From the NCBI RefSeq assembly GCF_026626745.1, contig NZ_JAPNJW010000002.1:1446151-1510150 (forward strand): 64,000 bases of DNA, written 5' to 3'. Below, piece by piece: positions 44,845 through 55,023 of the stretch. Under the pieces are notes generated by a model. The model made no database searches and was not told the DNA's origin. It was given only the letters and a program-made list of their open reading frames with translations. The position numbers and the translations under genes were made by a program. The DNA comes from Nannocystis sp. RBIL2 (GTDB lineage Bacteria; Myxococcota_A; Polyangia; Nannocystales; Nannocystaceae). The number at the start of each line of letters is the position of its first letter. Positions within the stretch are counted from its first letter, which is position 1.

Positions 44845-45504
44845 TCAGGCGCAGCAGCCTTCGAGGCGTTCCGCCGCGAGCTCGGCGTCCTGACAAACAC
44901 CCGACGGTGTGCATCCCATCACCAAGGGCACCCCGTCGATTTCGCAGACACACGTCGCCTGGTCGCATACCAGGCGCCGTTTTTGGGGCGCCTCGAGGCA
45001 CTCCTGGTTGAAGGCGCAGCCGTCGGCCGGCACGTCTTCGCCGAACTCCTGCGAGATCTCGCAGCTCTCGTCCCCGCAGATCGTCGCCTTTGCGAAATCC
45101 TTCCAACACGGCGACGTGCCCGCTTCGAGCGACTCGCAACTATCGATCCAGAAGCACTCCAGGGTCAGTTTCCACTGTTGAGAGCACTTGGCCTCGGTCG
45201 GCGTGCACGGACAGCCATTGAAGGCGTCGCCGAGACCGCACGCCACCAGTCGGTCACAGACCGCCTGGCACAGTCTCTCCCCCTCCCCCATGGTCGTCGA
45301 CGTGCTGCTGTCGGTCGTCGTCGGTTCCAACCCGATCGTCGTCGTCGTCGTACCCGGGCCGAGAGTCGCGTCGGTCGTGCTCGACACGCCCGGACCGCCC
45401 GACGCGGTCGAGGCGTCCGTCGCGGAATCCTCGTCCTGCGGGTCGCCGTTTTTCTGCTCGCAGCCGAGCATCGCCATCGCTACCACGAGGACCGCTCGCC
45501 CCAT
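44845..45504 (-). CDS. Cys-rich lipoprotein.
   Basis: Lipobox 'AMAMLGC'. Thr/Ser-rich linker. About 22 Cys in the C-terminal 140 aa. Confidence 0.6.
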   Translation of the reverse strand: MGRAVLVVAMAMLGCEQKNGDPQDEDSATDASTASGGPGVSSTTDATLGPGTTTTTIGLEPTTTDSSTSTTMGEGERLCQAVCDRLVACGLGDAFNGCPCTPTEAKCSQQWKLTLECFWIDSCESLEAGTSPCWKDFAKATICGDESCEISQEFGEDVPADGCAFNQECLEAPQKRRLVCDQATCVCEIDGVPLVMGCTPSGVCQDAELAAERLEGCCA

Positions 45505-45592
45505 ACGGCAAGGGTAGCACGCCGCGGCCTCGTCCATGGCGCTGGTCCGGCCTGCATGCGCGACGAGCTTTGGCGAGCCGGCGAGGCCGTCC

Positions 45593-46516
45593 TCAGGTCG
45601 CGCTCCGACGGAGCGTGCCCGTCGCCCCTCGCCGCCGCGCCCGCAGGAACTCCACCAGCGCGCGCAGCTTCGGCGGCACCTGCGTGCGGCTCGGGTAATA
45701 CAAGAACAGCCCCGGGAACGGCGGGCAGTACGTCGTCAGCACCCGGACCAGGCGCTTCTCGGCCAGCGCCTCCGTCACCGAGTTCTCGAGCAGGTACGCC
45801 AGCCCGACCCCGTCGAGGGCCGCGCGCACCATCACGTCGTACTCGTTCGTGACCAGCCGACCTTCGACCGCCAGGCTGATGTCGCGACCCTTCTCGGTGA
45901 ACTCCCAGCGGTACACCGCCCCGCTGGAGACCCGGCGGTAGTTGATGCATTCGTGCTCGAGCAGCTCGCGCGGGTGCTTCGGCTTCGGGTGCGTGGCGAA
46001 GTACGCCGGCGAGCCGACCACCGCCGAGCGCATGTCGCCCGTCAGGCGGACCGCCACGACGTCCTTGTCGAGCATCTCGCCGATCCGGACGCCCGCGTCG
46101 AAGCCCTGCGCGACGATGTCGGCGAACCCGTCGTCGGTCGTGATCTCGAGGCGGATCTCCGGGTGCGCCGCCAGGAACGGGGCCAGGATCGGCTCCAGCA
46201 CCCAGCGGCTGGCCACCCGCGGCACGTTCAGGCGCAGCGTCCCGGTCGGCCGCCCGCGCACCTGATCCAGCGCTTCGAACGCCGCCTCGACCCCGGCCAT
46301 CGCCGGCCGCAGCTGGCCGACGAAGCGCTCCCCCGCCTCGGTCAGCCCGACGCTCCGGGTCGTGCGCTGCAGCAGCCGCACCCCCACGCGCTCCTCGAGC
46401 GCGCGGACGCTCTGGCTCACCGCCGACGGGGTCACGCGCAGCTCCGCCGCCGCGGCCGTGAAGCTGCGCTTGTCTGCCACCACCAGCAACGCCGTCAGGC
46501 CCGAGAGATCGTGCAT
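45593..46516 (-). CDS. LysR-family transcriptional regulator.
   Basis: N-terminal wHTH 'LSGLTALLVVADKRSFTAAAAELRVTPSAVSQSVRALEERVGVRLLQRTTRSV'. C-terminal substrate-binding domain. Divergent from an SDR gene. Confidence 0.9.
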   Translation of the reverse strand: MHDLSGLTALLVVADKRSFTAAAAELRVTPSAVSQSVRALEERVGVRLLQRTTRSVGLTEAGERFVGQLRPAMAGVEAAFEALDQVRGRPTGTLRLNVPRVASRWVLEPILAPFLAAHPEIRLEITTDDGFADIVAQGFDAGVRIGEMLDKDVVAVRLTGDMRSAVVGSPAYFATHPKPKHPRELLEHECINYRRVSSGAVYRWEFTEKGRDISLAVEGRLVTNEYDVMVRAALDGVGLAYLLENSVTEALAEKRLVRVLTTYCPPFPGLFLYYPSRTQVPPKLRALVEFLRARRRGATGTLRRSAT

Positions 46517-46528
46517 CGCCGTCACTTG

Positions 46529-46541
46529 TTAGCAGAACTAA
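46529..46541. promoter_or_regulatory. LysR-type T-N11-A box in the LysR/SDR divergent intergenic region.
   Basis: 'TTAGCAGAACTAA' has a 4-bp inverted repeat TTAG/CTAA and fits T-N11-A. It lies 13 bp upstream of the LysR start, in a locally AT-rich patch. Confidence 0.55.
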
Positions 46542-46613
46542 AAAGCGAGCGGCAATTCGCGCGCTTCTCCGCCGCGGCGCGGGCGCCTAGCTTCTTCCGC
46601 CAGGAGACCGCCA

Positions 46614-47479
46614 TGAGCACCCGCCCCGCCCCCACCGCCGAGACCGCCAAGGTCTGGTTCGTCACCGGTTCGTCCTCCGGCTTCGGCCGCGCCCTCGTCG
46701 AGGAGGTCCTCGCCCGCGGCGACAGCGTCGTCGCCACCGCGCGCCGACCCGACGCCCTCGCCGACCTGGCCGCCCGCGCCCCCGATCGCGTCCAGCTCGC
46801 CGAGCTCGACGTCACCCGCCCCGAGCAGGTGCGCGCCGCAGTCACCGCCGCCCTGGCCCGCTTCGGCCGCATCGACGTCCTCGTCAACAACGCGGGCTTT
46901 AGCATCCTCGGCGCGCTCGAAGAGACCGACGACGACGCGCTGCGGGCGACGATGGAGCTGATGTTCTTCGCCGCGATCGGCACCACCCGCGAGGTCCTGC
47001 CGCACATGCGCGCGCGCCGGAGCGGCACGATCGTCCAGATCACCAGCGTCGGCGGCATCACCACCGCGCCCGGGTTCGGGGCCTACTGCGCGGCCAAGCA
47101 CGCGCTCGAGGCAGCGTCCGAGAGCCTCGCCGCCGAGCTCGAGCCGCACGGCGTCCGCGTCCTCGTGGTCGAGCCGGGCGCCTTCCGCACCGCCCTGTTC
47201 GGCCCCGCCTTCCGCCACATGCCGGCCATGGACGCCTACGCCGCCACCGTCGGGGCGATGCGCTCGTGGGTGACGCAGACCCACGGCGAACAGGGCGGCG
47301 ACCCGGCCAAGGCCGCGCGCGCGATCGTCGACGTGGTCGGCCGCTCCGCCGTCCCGCTGCGCCTCCCCCTCGGCGGCGACGCTGTCGACCAGATCCGCGC
47401 CAAGCTGGCCAAGATCGCCGCAGACGTCGACCACGCCGAAGCGCTGGCCCGCGCCACCGACTTCGATCCGCAGACCTGA
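46614..47479 (+). CDS. SDR-family oxidoreductase.
   Basis: 'VWFVTGSSSGFGRAL' (TGxxxGxG). 'NNAG'. Catalytic 'YCAAK' (YxxxK). ATG at 46614 preceded by 'ggagac'. Confidence 0.9.
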
Positions 47480-47785
47480 GCCGCCGGCCCAGCGCTCACC
47501 GACCGCAGCGGTTCGCGAGCACCTCGACCGCTCCGAAGCGACCGCCGCGCCACGACCCCGTCATTGCGCGGACGGCGTCGCATCAGTCGCCGCGGTTCGC
47601 TAGCGGCCGCGCCCGCGTGCGACCGCATGCACCACGCACCTGCTCGTGCTGCATCACGCGCGTAGAGCCCTCGCCCGCGGTTTGCCGCTCATTCGCCCTG
47701 CCGGGTCCGAAGCCCGTCCGATCGTTCGCGCGCACGGCCGGCAAATCGGTGAGCCGCCGCGATCCGCTCGCGCGACTGCAGCATC

Positions 47786-49264
47786 ATGATTCGCCCTCAC
47801 CACCGCCAACCGCGCCACCTGCTCGGCGCCGTGCTCCTCGTCCTCGGCGCTTGCAAGCCCGCCGAGCTCGACCCCTTCGACACCGACGGCGCCACCGACC
47901 CCGGCGGCACCGTCGACCCCGGCGGCACCGTCGACCCCGGCACCACGAGCACCGACACCGGCCCCGCCGAATCGACCTCCGGCGTGAGCACGACCGCCGA
48001 CCTGACCACCACCGACACCACCGGCGACGAGCCGCTGCCGAGCTGCGAGGGTCCGGTCACCGACTGCAAGCTGGACCTGGATCGCGACGGCGTGATGTTC
48101 CACTGCGACAACGCCCCCGATCACTTCAACCCTGACCAGTCGGACGTCGACGGTGACGGCTTCGGCGACGTCGCCGATCTGTGCCCGACCCTCCCGGTCG
48201 GCGAGCCCAAGGCCGACAGCGACAAGGACGGCATCGGCAACGCCTGCGACCTGTGCGTGAAGGCGGCCGCGCACTACAACGACACCGACGCGCCGATCTC
48301 CGAGCGCATGAAGGTGCGCAACATCCCGAGCACCGCCGACAGCGATCGCGACGGCATCGGCGACGCCTGCGACAACTGCGTGCGCACCCCCAATTGCCAG
48401 GACTACGGCGAGGGCCTCGATCCATACGAGCTCGGCGACCCGATCGCGTTCGACGGCGACGACTGCCAGATCGACGCCGACAAGGATCTCGTCGGCGACG
48501 CCTGCGCCGGCACCATGCTGCCGGGCGCTGCCGGCCCGGTCGGCTTCGGCCTCGACGACGACTTCGACCAGGACGGCCTGCGCAACGGGGACGACGGCTG
48601 CCCGCGCCAGCCCGTGGCGCTGCAGGCGTGCGACGACGACGCCGACTGCCCGGCCGCCAGCAAGTGCGTCCAGGGCCAGTGCGGCCACGCCGACTTCGAC
48701 GGAGACGACATCGGCGACATCTGCGACACCTGCCCCTACGTCGGCAACCCGCAGCAAGTGCAGATGGGCCATGCGGAGGAGAACGACCAGGACGGCGACT
48801 TCGTCGGCTTCAACTGCGAGACCACGCTGGACGCCGACCTCACCCCCGACCCGCGCCGGATCGGCTTCTACGACCTCAGCGCCAACGGCTATTGCTGCGT
48901 CCGCCTCCACCCCGCCGGCACCACTCTCGATCCCGACGGCGACACGGTGCCGCTGCCCGCCAAAGTCCTCAACCAACCAGGCGTCGTCCAACTCCCGCCC
49001 GGCTGCGCGCAGGAGGGCCAGCCGCTGAACGGCACCGTCGACCTCGCCACCTTGTGGGCCAGCTTCTGCCTCATGCCGCAATCGGACCAGGACTTCGACG
49101 GCCTCGGCGACGTGGTCGACCTGTGCCCCTTCTCGTTCGACCCCGCCAACACCGTCTACGTCGACGACGAGAACATGCAATGGGAGAACTACGGCGAGTT
49201 CTGCCTCGGGGAGTACAGCCCGGAGCACCTCGACCCGGCGATGATGTGCCTCCCGGGCACCTGA
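47786..49264 (+). CDS. Lipoprotein with thrombospondin type-3 (calcium-binding) repeats.
   Basis: Lipobox 'LVLGAC'. Thr-rich linker. At least 7 'DxDxDGxxDxCD(N/L)C' units, for example 'DLDRDGVMFHCDNAPD', 'DSDKDGIGNACDLC' and 'DSDRDGIGDACDNC'. Confidence 0.8.
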   Translation: MIRPHHRQPRHLLGAVLLVLGACKPAELDPFDTDGATDPGGTVDPGGTVDPGTTSTDTGPAESTSGVSTTADLTTTDTTGDEPLPSCEGPVTDCKLDLDRDGVMFHCDNAPDHFNPDQSDVDGDGFGDVADLCPTLPVGEPKADSDKDGIGNACDLCVKAAAHYNDTDAPISERMKVRNIPSTADSDRDGIGDACDNCVRTPNCQDYGEGLDPYELGDPIAFDGDDCQIDADKDLVGDACAGTMLPGAAGPVGFGLDDDFDQDGLRNGDDGCPRQPVALQACDDDADCPAASKCVQGQCGHADFDGDDIGDICDTCPYVGNPQQVQMGHAEENDQDGDFVGFNCETTLDADLTPDPRRIGFYDLSANGYCCVRLHPAGTTLDPDGDTVPLPAKVLNQPGVVQLPPGCAQEGQPLNGTVDLATLWASFCLMPQSDQDFDGLGDVVDLCPFSFDPANTVYVDDENMQWENYGEFCLGEYSPEHLDPAMMCLPGT

Positions 49265-49443
49265 TCGACGAGCCCGCCGCGGCGCGGACGACCGGGCCGC
49301 GGCGTCGACCGCCGCTCGGCAAAAATGCCTTTACCGCGACCCGGACCGGGAGCCTCGGCGCGGTATGATGAATGGACGGATTCCGACGACACCGCAGCCC
49401 TCTCGGCGCCGGGCCCGCGAATCGCCGCAACGCAAAACGACGC

Positions 49444-49479
49444 GGCGCGCCTGCAGGTCACGGGACCTGCAGACGCGCC
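49444..49479 (-). terminator. Rho-independent-type terminator downstream of csbD, possibly bidirectional.
   Basis: 16-bp stem with one mismatch, 'ggcgcgcctgcaggtc'/'gacctgcagacgcgcc', and loop 'acgg'. On the minus strand it is followed by 'CGTCGTTTTGCG'. It lies 39 nt after the csbD stop. Confidence 0.6.
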
Positions 49480-49517
49480 GAATCGCATCGCAGAGCGGCG
49501 CGGAGCGCCCACATTCG

Positions 49518-49724
49518 TCACAGGTTGCTGTTGTTTTCGGCCTTGTAGCCCAGCTTGCGCTCGATCTCTTCGCGGCGCTCCCCCGAGCGCTCCTGAATGA
49601 TCCCGCACAGCTTGTCGGCGTTGCCTTCGGCCTTGAGGAAATCGTCGTCGGTCAGGTTCCCCCAGAACTGCTTCGCCTTGCCCTTGAGCTGCTCCCACTT
49701 CCCCTGGATCTGATCGCGGTTCAT
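49518..49724 (-). CDS. csbD: CsbD-family stress-response protein.
   Basis: '[58 protein letters not shown]' matches the CsbD consensus closely. Length 68 aa. Confidence 0.85.
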   Translation of the reverse strand: MNRDQIQGKWEQLKGKAKQFWGNLTDDDFLKAEGNADKLCGIIQERSGERREEIERKLGYKAENNSNL

Positions 49725-50227
49725 GGTCGGTTTCTCCGCCCACCAGTTTGATCGCGGTTGCACCGCGCGCTCGCCCGACTAGCGCCAGCAAACGGCGCCA
49801 GGCGCTCGTCACGGCCCTTGTCATGCCGTCGATTTCGGCGGCGCGTTCGCCATTCCCACCGTTCGCGCGCACGACGCAGCCCGATCGTACGAATCACGGG
49901 CGCAGCGGACTCGGCCGTGTGAACCGCCTCCGCCTCGGCCTCGGCGCCGTTCTGCCGGGGATGCGGGCGTGGAGACGGGGGTATCGCCTGGCCCGCAGGG
50001 GAGACACCGATCGTCGCAGCGCCCTTTCATACGCGTCATGCGAAACATCACCCGCCCTGCCGCGCTCGGCCTCCCTGCGCGTCCCGCCACGAATCATGCT
50101 TCGTGCGAATGATATACCCTCACGGGCTGCGGCGGCCGGACCGGCCACGCGCTCGTCGGAGGTTCGCCGCGCAGCGGCCATCGGCCGGCGGGGCGCCTCG
50201 GACACCGCGGACACTAAGGAGCATCGG

Positions 50228-53200
50228 GTGAACCTCAGCAGGGACGAGCAGCGCACGTCGCTCACCAAGCGGCTCACAGTCGCGATCGCCACGCCGATCG
50301 CCCTCCTGTTGCTGCTCGGCGTCGTCCTCGGCCGGCAGATCCTCCTGATGGCCGACGACGCCGCCTGGGTCAACCACAGCAACGAGGTCCTCTCGCAGGC
50401 CAACGCGACGATGCTCGAGATCGTCGATCAGGAGACCGCGCTGCGCGGCTACCTACTGACCGGCGATCGTCAGTACCTGGGCCCGTTCGAGCGGGCGCAC
50501 CCGGACGGCAAGTTCGAGCGCCTGCACGAGCTCATCGCCGACAGCGCCGCGCAGCAGGCCCAGTTCGATCAGGCCCACCAGCACTACCGCGAGTGGTACG
50601 CCACCTGCGAGGCCGCGCTGAGCGGCCACGACCTCGACCAGGCGCGCAGCCCCGCCGCCATGCTCGCGCGCAAGGCCCGGATGGACGACATCCGCGACGC
50701 GATGACCGTGGCCACCGACATCGAGAAGGACCTGCTGGTCGCGCGCGCCGTCGCCTCGGAGCGCTCGACCGCGATCGCCCGGTCCGCCTTCGTCGCGCTG
50801 CTCGCCGGCGTCGCCCTCCTGCTCGCGTTCCTCTCGCGCCGTCAGCTCGCCTCGATCGCCAGCACCTTCGGCACCGCCCTCGACGCCGAGCAGCAGGCCC
50901 GCGCCGCGCTCGAGGCCGAGGCCTGGATCCGCGAGGGTCACACGCGCGTCGCCGAGGTCGTGCAGGGCGAGAAGAGCACCGTGCAGGTCGGCCACGACTG
51001 CCTGGCCGCGCTCGCCGCCCACGCTGGCGCCGACGTCGGCGCCTTCTTCGTGCGCGACGGCGGCGACTGGGTGCGGCGCGTCGGCCTCGCGCTCGACTCG
51101 CGAGCCGCCGGGCCGGAGACCTTCGCCGCCGGCGAGGGCGTCATCGGCCGCGCCGCCGCCGGCGGCCAGGTCGTCGAGCTGCGCGACGCCGACGAGCTGC
51201 CCCTGCGCACCGGCACCAGCGAACGCTTCCCCGCCCACGTGCTCGTCCTGCCCGCGCGGGTCGACGGCGTCACCATCGCAGTGCTCGAGCTCGGCTTCCT
51301 GCGCCCGGCCGAGCCGCGCGTGCGCGCCCTGCTCGAGCGGATCGGCGAGACGGTCGCGCTCGCGGTCCGCAGCTCCGAGCAGAAGGAGCGGCTCGCCGCC
51401 CTGCTCGAGGAGACCCAGCGCCAGGCCGAGGAGCTGCAGACCCAGCAAGAAGAGCTGCGGGTGCAGAACGAGGAGCTCGAGCAGCAGACCCGCGCGCTCG
51501 AGGAGTCGCGGGCGCGCCTCGGCAATCAGCAGGCCGAGCTCGAGCAGATCAACGCCCACCTCGAGGAGCAGACGCAGGCGCTGCAGGCCGAGCGCGACAC
51601 CCTCACGCAGGCGCAGATCCAGCTCAAGCGGACCTCCGCCTTCAAGTCCGAGTTCCTCGCCAACATGTCGCACGAGCTGCGCACCCCGCTCAACAGCTCG
51701 CTGATCTTGGCCCGGCTGCTGGCCGACAACCGCCAGGGCAACCTCGACGCCGAGCAGGTCAAGTTCGCCGAGACCATCTACTCCGCCGGCAACGACCTCC
51801 TCACCCTCATCAACGACATCCTCGACCTGTCGAAGATCGAGGCCGGCATGCTCGACGTCCGGCCCGAGACCATCTCGCTGGCGCGGCTCACCGATCAGCT
51901 GACGACGACCTTCCGCCCGGTCGCCCGCGACCGGCGGCTCGCGCTCGACCTCGACGTCCAGCGCGACGTCCCGGGCGCCCTCCAGACCGATCCGACGCGG
52001 CTGTCGCAGATCCTGCGCAACCTGCTGTCGAACGCGCTCAAGTTCACCGAGCAGGGCGGCGTCAAGCTCACGGTGCGCGCCGCCGGGGCCGGCGCGGTCG
52101 CCTTCGACGTCACCGACACCGGCATCGGCATCCCGCCCGATCAGCAGGAGCTGATCTTCGAAGCGTTCCGCCAGGCCGACGGCACGACCAACCGCAAGTA
52201 CGGCGGCACCGGCCTCGGTCTTTCGATCTCACGCGACCTGGCGCGCCTGCTCGGCGGCGAGCTCACCGTCGCCAGCGTCGTCGGCCGCGGCAGCACCTTC
52301 ACCCTCACCATCCCCGCGCAGCTCGTCGCCCCCGGTTCGGCCGCGGCGCCGACCCTCGCGCCGCTCCCGAGCCCGACGCCGATCCCTCCCTTGCGTCGCC
52401 TCCCCGCGCCGCCGCCCCCGCCGCAGGCGCCGACCGCCGCGCGCTCGATCCTCCTCGTCGAGGACGACCCCGCGTTCGCCGGAATCCTCGCCGGCCTCGC
52501 GCGCGAGCTCGACTTCCACCCCCTCCTCGCCGACACCGCCGAGGAGGGCCTGGCGCTCGCGCGTCAGCAGCGGCCGAGCGCCATCGTCCTCGACGTCTCC
52601 CTGCCCGACCGCTCCGGCCTCAGCGTCCTCGACGCGCTCAAGCACGACCCCGCGACCCGGCACATCCCGGTCCACGTCATCTCCGCCAGCGACCACACCC
52701 GCATCGCCCTCGAGATGGGCGCCGTCGCCTACGCCATCAAGCCCGTCGTCCGCGACCAGTTGGTCGCGGCCCTGCGGCGGCTCGAGTCGAAGGCCGCGCA
52801 GTCGCTGCGGCGGGTCCTCGTCGTCGAGGACGACGTCGTCCACCGCGAGAGCACCTGCAAGCTGCTCGCGGCCGACGACGTCGAGACAGTGCCGGTCGGC
52901 ACCGCCGACGACGCGCTCCGCGCGTTGCGCACCACCACCTTCGACTGCATGGTCCTCGACCTCAGCCTGCCCGACAGGTCAGGTTTCGAACTCTTGCGGG
53001 AGATGGCCCAGGGCGAGCAGTACGGGTTCCCGCCCGTCATCGTCTACACCGGCCGGGCGATCAGCCGCGTCGAGGAGCAGGAGCTCGGGCGCTTCTCGCA
53101 GTCCATCATCATCAAGGGCGCGCGCTCGCCGGAGCGGCTGCTCGACGAGGTCACCCTGTTCCTCCACCAGGTCGAGACCAGCCTCCCGCCCGAGCGGCAG

Positions 53201-53611
53201 CGCATGCTGCGGGACGCTCGCCACCGCGACGCGGTGTTCGAGGGTCGGCGCGTGCTCGTCGTCGAGGACGACGTCCGCAACGTGTTCGCCTTGACCAGCG
53301 TGCTCGAGCCGCGCGGGGCCAAGGTGGAGATCGCGCGCAACGGCAAGGAGGCGCTGCAGCACCTGAAACTCAAGCCGGGCGTCGACCTGATCCTGATGGA
53401 CCTGATGATGCCGGAGATGGACGGTCTCACCGCCACGCGGGCGGTCCGCGCCGACCCTGCGACCGCCAAGATCCCGATCATCGCCCTCACCGCCAAGGCC
53501 ATGGCCGACGATCGCGCCAGCTGCCTCGCCGCCGGCGCCAACGACTACATCGCCAAGCCGCTCGACGTCGACAAGCTGCTGTCGCTGGCGCGGGTGTGGA
53601 TGCCCAAATGA
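50228..53611 (+). CDS. Hybrid sensor histidine kinase: CHASE3, GAF, Q/E-rich coiled coil, HisKA, HATPase_c, and 3 receiver domains.
   Basis: GTG at 50228 with 'aaggag' 6 nt upstream. TM helix '[16 protein letters not shown]'. CHASE3-like '[26 protein letters not shown]'. H-box '[10 protein letters not shown]'. N/G boxes 'LLSNALKFT', 'DTGIGI' and 'GTGLGLSI'. Three REC blocks, each with 'D...(L/M)D' and a Lys. Confidence 0.85.
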   Translation: MNLSRDEQRTSLTKRLTVAIATPIALLLLLGVVLGRQILLMADDAAWVNHSNEVLSQANATMLEIVDQETALRGYLLTGDRQYLGPFERAHPDGKFERLHELIADSAAQQAQFDQAHQHYREWYATCEAALSGHDLDQARSPAAMLARKARMDDIRDAMTVATDIEKDLLVARAVASERSTAIARSAFVALLAGVALLLAFLSRRQLASIASTFGTALDAEQQARAALEAEAWIREGHTRVAEVVQGEKSTVQVGHDCLAALAAHAGADVGAFFVRDGGDWVRRVGLALDSRAAGPETFAAGEGVIGRAAAGGQVVELRDADELPLRTGTSERFPAHVLVLPARVDGVTIAVLELGFLRPAEPRVRALLERIGETVALAVRSSEQKERLAALLEETQRQAEELQTQQEELRVQNEELEQQTRALEESRARLGNQQAELEQINAHLEEQTQALQAERDTLTQAQIQLKRTSAFKSEFLANMSHELRTPLNSSLILARLLADNRQGNLDAEQVKFAETIYSAGNDLLTLINDILDLSKIEAGMLDVRPETISLARLTDQLTTTFRPVARDRRLALDLDVQRDVPGALQTDPTRLSQILRNLLSNALKFTEQGGVKLTVRAAGAGAVAFDVTDTGIGIPPDQQELIFEAFRQADGTTNRKYGGTGLGLSISRDLARLLGGELTVASVVGRGSTFTLTIPAQLVAPGSAAAPTLAPLPSPTPIPPLRRLPAPPPPPQAPTAARSILLVEDDPAFAGILAGLARELDFHPLLADTAEEGLALARQQRPSAIVLDVSLPDRSGLSVLDALKHDPATRHIPVHVISASDHTRIALEMGAVAYAIKPVVRDQLVAALRRLESKAAQSLRRVLVVEDDVVHRESTCKLLAADDVETVPVGTADDALRALRTTTFDCMVLDLSLPDRSGFELLREMAQGEQYGFPPVIVYTGRAISRVEEQELGRFSQSIIIKGARSPERLLDEVTLFLHQVETSLPPERQRMLRDARHRDAVFEGRRVLVVEDDVRNVFALTSVLEPRGAKVEIARNGKEALQHLKLKPGVDLILMDLMMPEMDGLTATRAVRADPATAKIPIIALTAKAMADDRASCLAAGANDYIAKPLDVDKLLSLARVWMPK

Positions 53612-54423
53612 CGACGTCGCCCGACCCCGAGCTGAGCGCGCTGCTCGACGCGGTCTACCACCGCTATCACTACGACTTCCGCGGCTACGCCGAGGCCTCG
53701 CTGCGCCGGCGGATCGGCGCCGCACTGACCCACCTCCGCTGCCCCTCGCTCGCCGAGCTGCGCGAGCGCGTGCTCGCCGAGCCGCGCGGCTTCAGCGAGC
53801 TGCTCCGCTTCCTCACCGTCCAGGTCAGCGACCTGTTCCGCGACCCCTCGTATTATCGATCGCTCCGCGAACGCGTCGTGCCGTACCTGCGCACTTATCC
53901 CTCGCTCAAGGTGTGGGTCGCCGGCTGCGCCACCGGCGAGGAGGCCTACTCGCTCGCCATCGTGTTCGCCGAGGAGGGCCTGCTCGACCGCACCCTCATC
54001 TACGCCACCGACATCCACCCCGAGAGCCTGCGCGCCGCCGAGGCCGGCGTCTACGACCTCGAGCGCTTCGCCCGCTTCTCCGACAGCTACCGCCAGGCCG
54101 GCGGGCGCGGCTCGCTGTCCGACTTCTACACCGCGCAGTATTCCTCGGCGATCCTCGACCGTCGGCTCAAGCAGGCGATCCTGTTCTCCGACCACAGCCT
54201 CGCCACCGACGTCGCCTTCGCCGAGGTCGAGCTGGTGTCGTGTCGCAACGTCCTGATCTACTTCGACCGCCCGCTGCAGGACCGGGCGATCGGCATCTTG
54301 CGCGACTCGGTGCGGCGCAAGGGCTTCCTCGGCCTGGGCGCCAAGGAGACCCTGCGGTTCTCGGCGCACGCCGAGGCGTTCACCGAGCTCGTCCCCGAGG
54401 ACCGGATCTATCAACGGCGGTAG
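53608..54423 (+). CDS. cheR: CheR-type protein-glutamate O-methyltransferase.
   Basis: The ATG overlaps the HK stop (ATGA). CheR N-domain 'YHYDFRGYAEASLRRRI'. SAM-binding 'LKVWVAGCATGEEAYSLAI'. 'CRNVLIYFD'. Confidence 0.85.
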   Translation: MTTSPDPELSALLDAVYHRYHYDFRGYAEASLRRRIGAALTHLRCPSLAELRERVLAEPRGFSELLRFLTVQVSDLFRDPSYYRSLRERVVPYLRTYPSLKVWVAGCATGEEAYSLAIVFAEEGLLDRTLIYATDIHPESLRAAEAGVYDLERFARFSDSYRQAGGRGSLSDFYTAQYSSAILDRRLKQAILFSDHSLATDVAFAEVELVSCRNVLIYFDRPLQDRAIGILRDSVRRKGFLGLGAKETLRFSAHAEAFTELVPEDRIYQRR

Positions 54424-54426
54424 ACC

Positions 54427-55023
54427 ATGGCGACGCGCAACATTCACATGATCGTGATCGGCGGCTCGTCGGGGGCGCTCGACGCTCTCGCCGCCCTGCT
54501 GCCGGCGCTGCCGCCGGGTTATCCGCTGCCGCTGGCCGTGGTCCTGCACCTGCCGCCGACCCAGCCCAGCCACCTCGTCGAGGTCCTGCGAACCAAGGCC
54601 TCGCTGCCGACGCGGGAGCCCGACGACAAGGAGCCCATCGTGCCCAGCACGGTCTACGTCGCCCCGCCGAACTACCACCTGCTCGTCGAGCGCGGGCGCA
54701 GCTTCTCGCTCTCGGTCGACCGCCCCGTGCTGTTCTCGCGGCCCTCGATCGACGTCCTGTTCGAGTCGGCCGCCGACGCCTTCGGGCCGCACCTCGCCGG
54801 CGTCCTGCTCAGCGGCGCCAACGAGGACGGCGCCCGCGGCCTCGGGCGCATCGCCGAGGCCGGCGGCCTCACGATCGTCGAGTCGCCGGCCACCGCCGCG
54901 GTCCCGATCATGCCGGCGGCCGCGCTGCAGCGCGTCGCCATCGACCACGCCGTGCCGGCGGCCGCCATCGGCACCTTGCTCGCGCGGCTCGCCGCGCCCA
55001 CGCGCTCCGGGGAGGCGACATGA
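54427..55023 (+). CDS. cheB: CheB-type methylesterase, catalytic domain only (no receiver domain).
   Basis: 'IVIGGSSGALDALAALLPALP' (catalytic Ser region). 'LVVLHLPP'. 'GVLLSGANEDGARGL'. Only 198 aa. It starts 4 nt after the CheR stop. Confidence 0.8.
   Translation: MATRNIHMIVIGGSSGALDALAALLPALPPGYPLPLAVVLHLPPTQPSHLVEVLRTKASLPTREPDDKEPIVPSTVYVAPPNYHLLVERGRSFSLSVDRPVLFSRPSIDVLFESAADAFGPHLAGVLLSGANEDGARGLGRIAEAGGLTIVESPATAAVPIMPAAALQRVAIDHAVPAAAIGTLLARLAAPTRSGEAT

Noticed and set aside
50593-54423. Long + strand ORFs 50593..54423 and 53913..56492, which would fuse the HK with CheR and CheB with the downstream HK.
   Set aside because: Their 5' parts are off-frame Arg-rich translations of the HK and CheR/CheB genes. 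Only the 3' portions (CheR 53608..54423; REC-HK-REC 55020..56492) show real motifs, each with its own start codon and SD.
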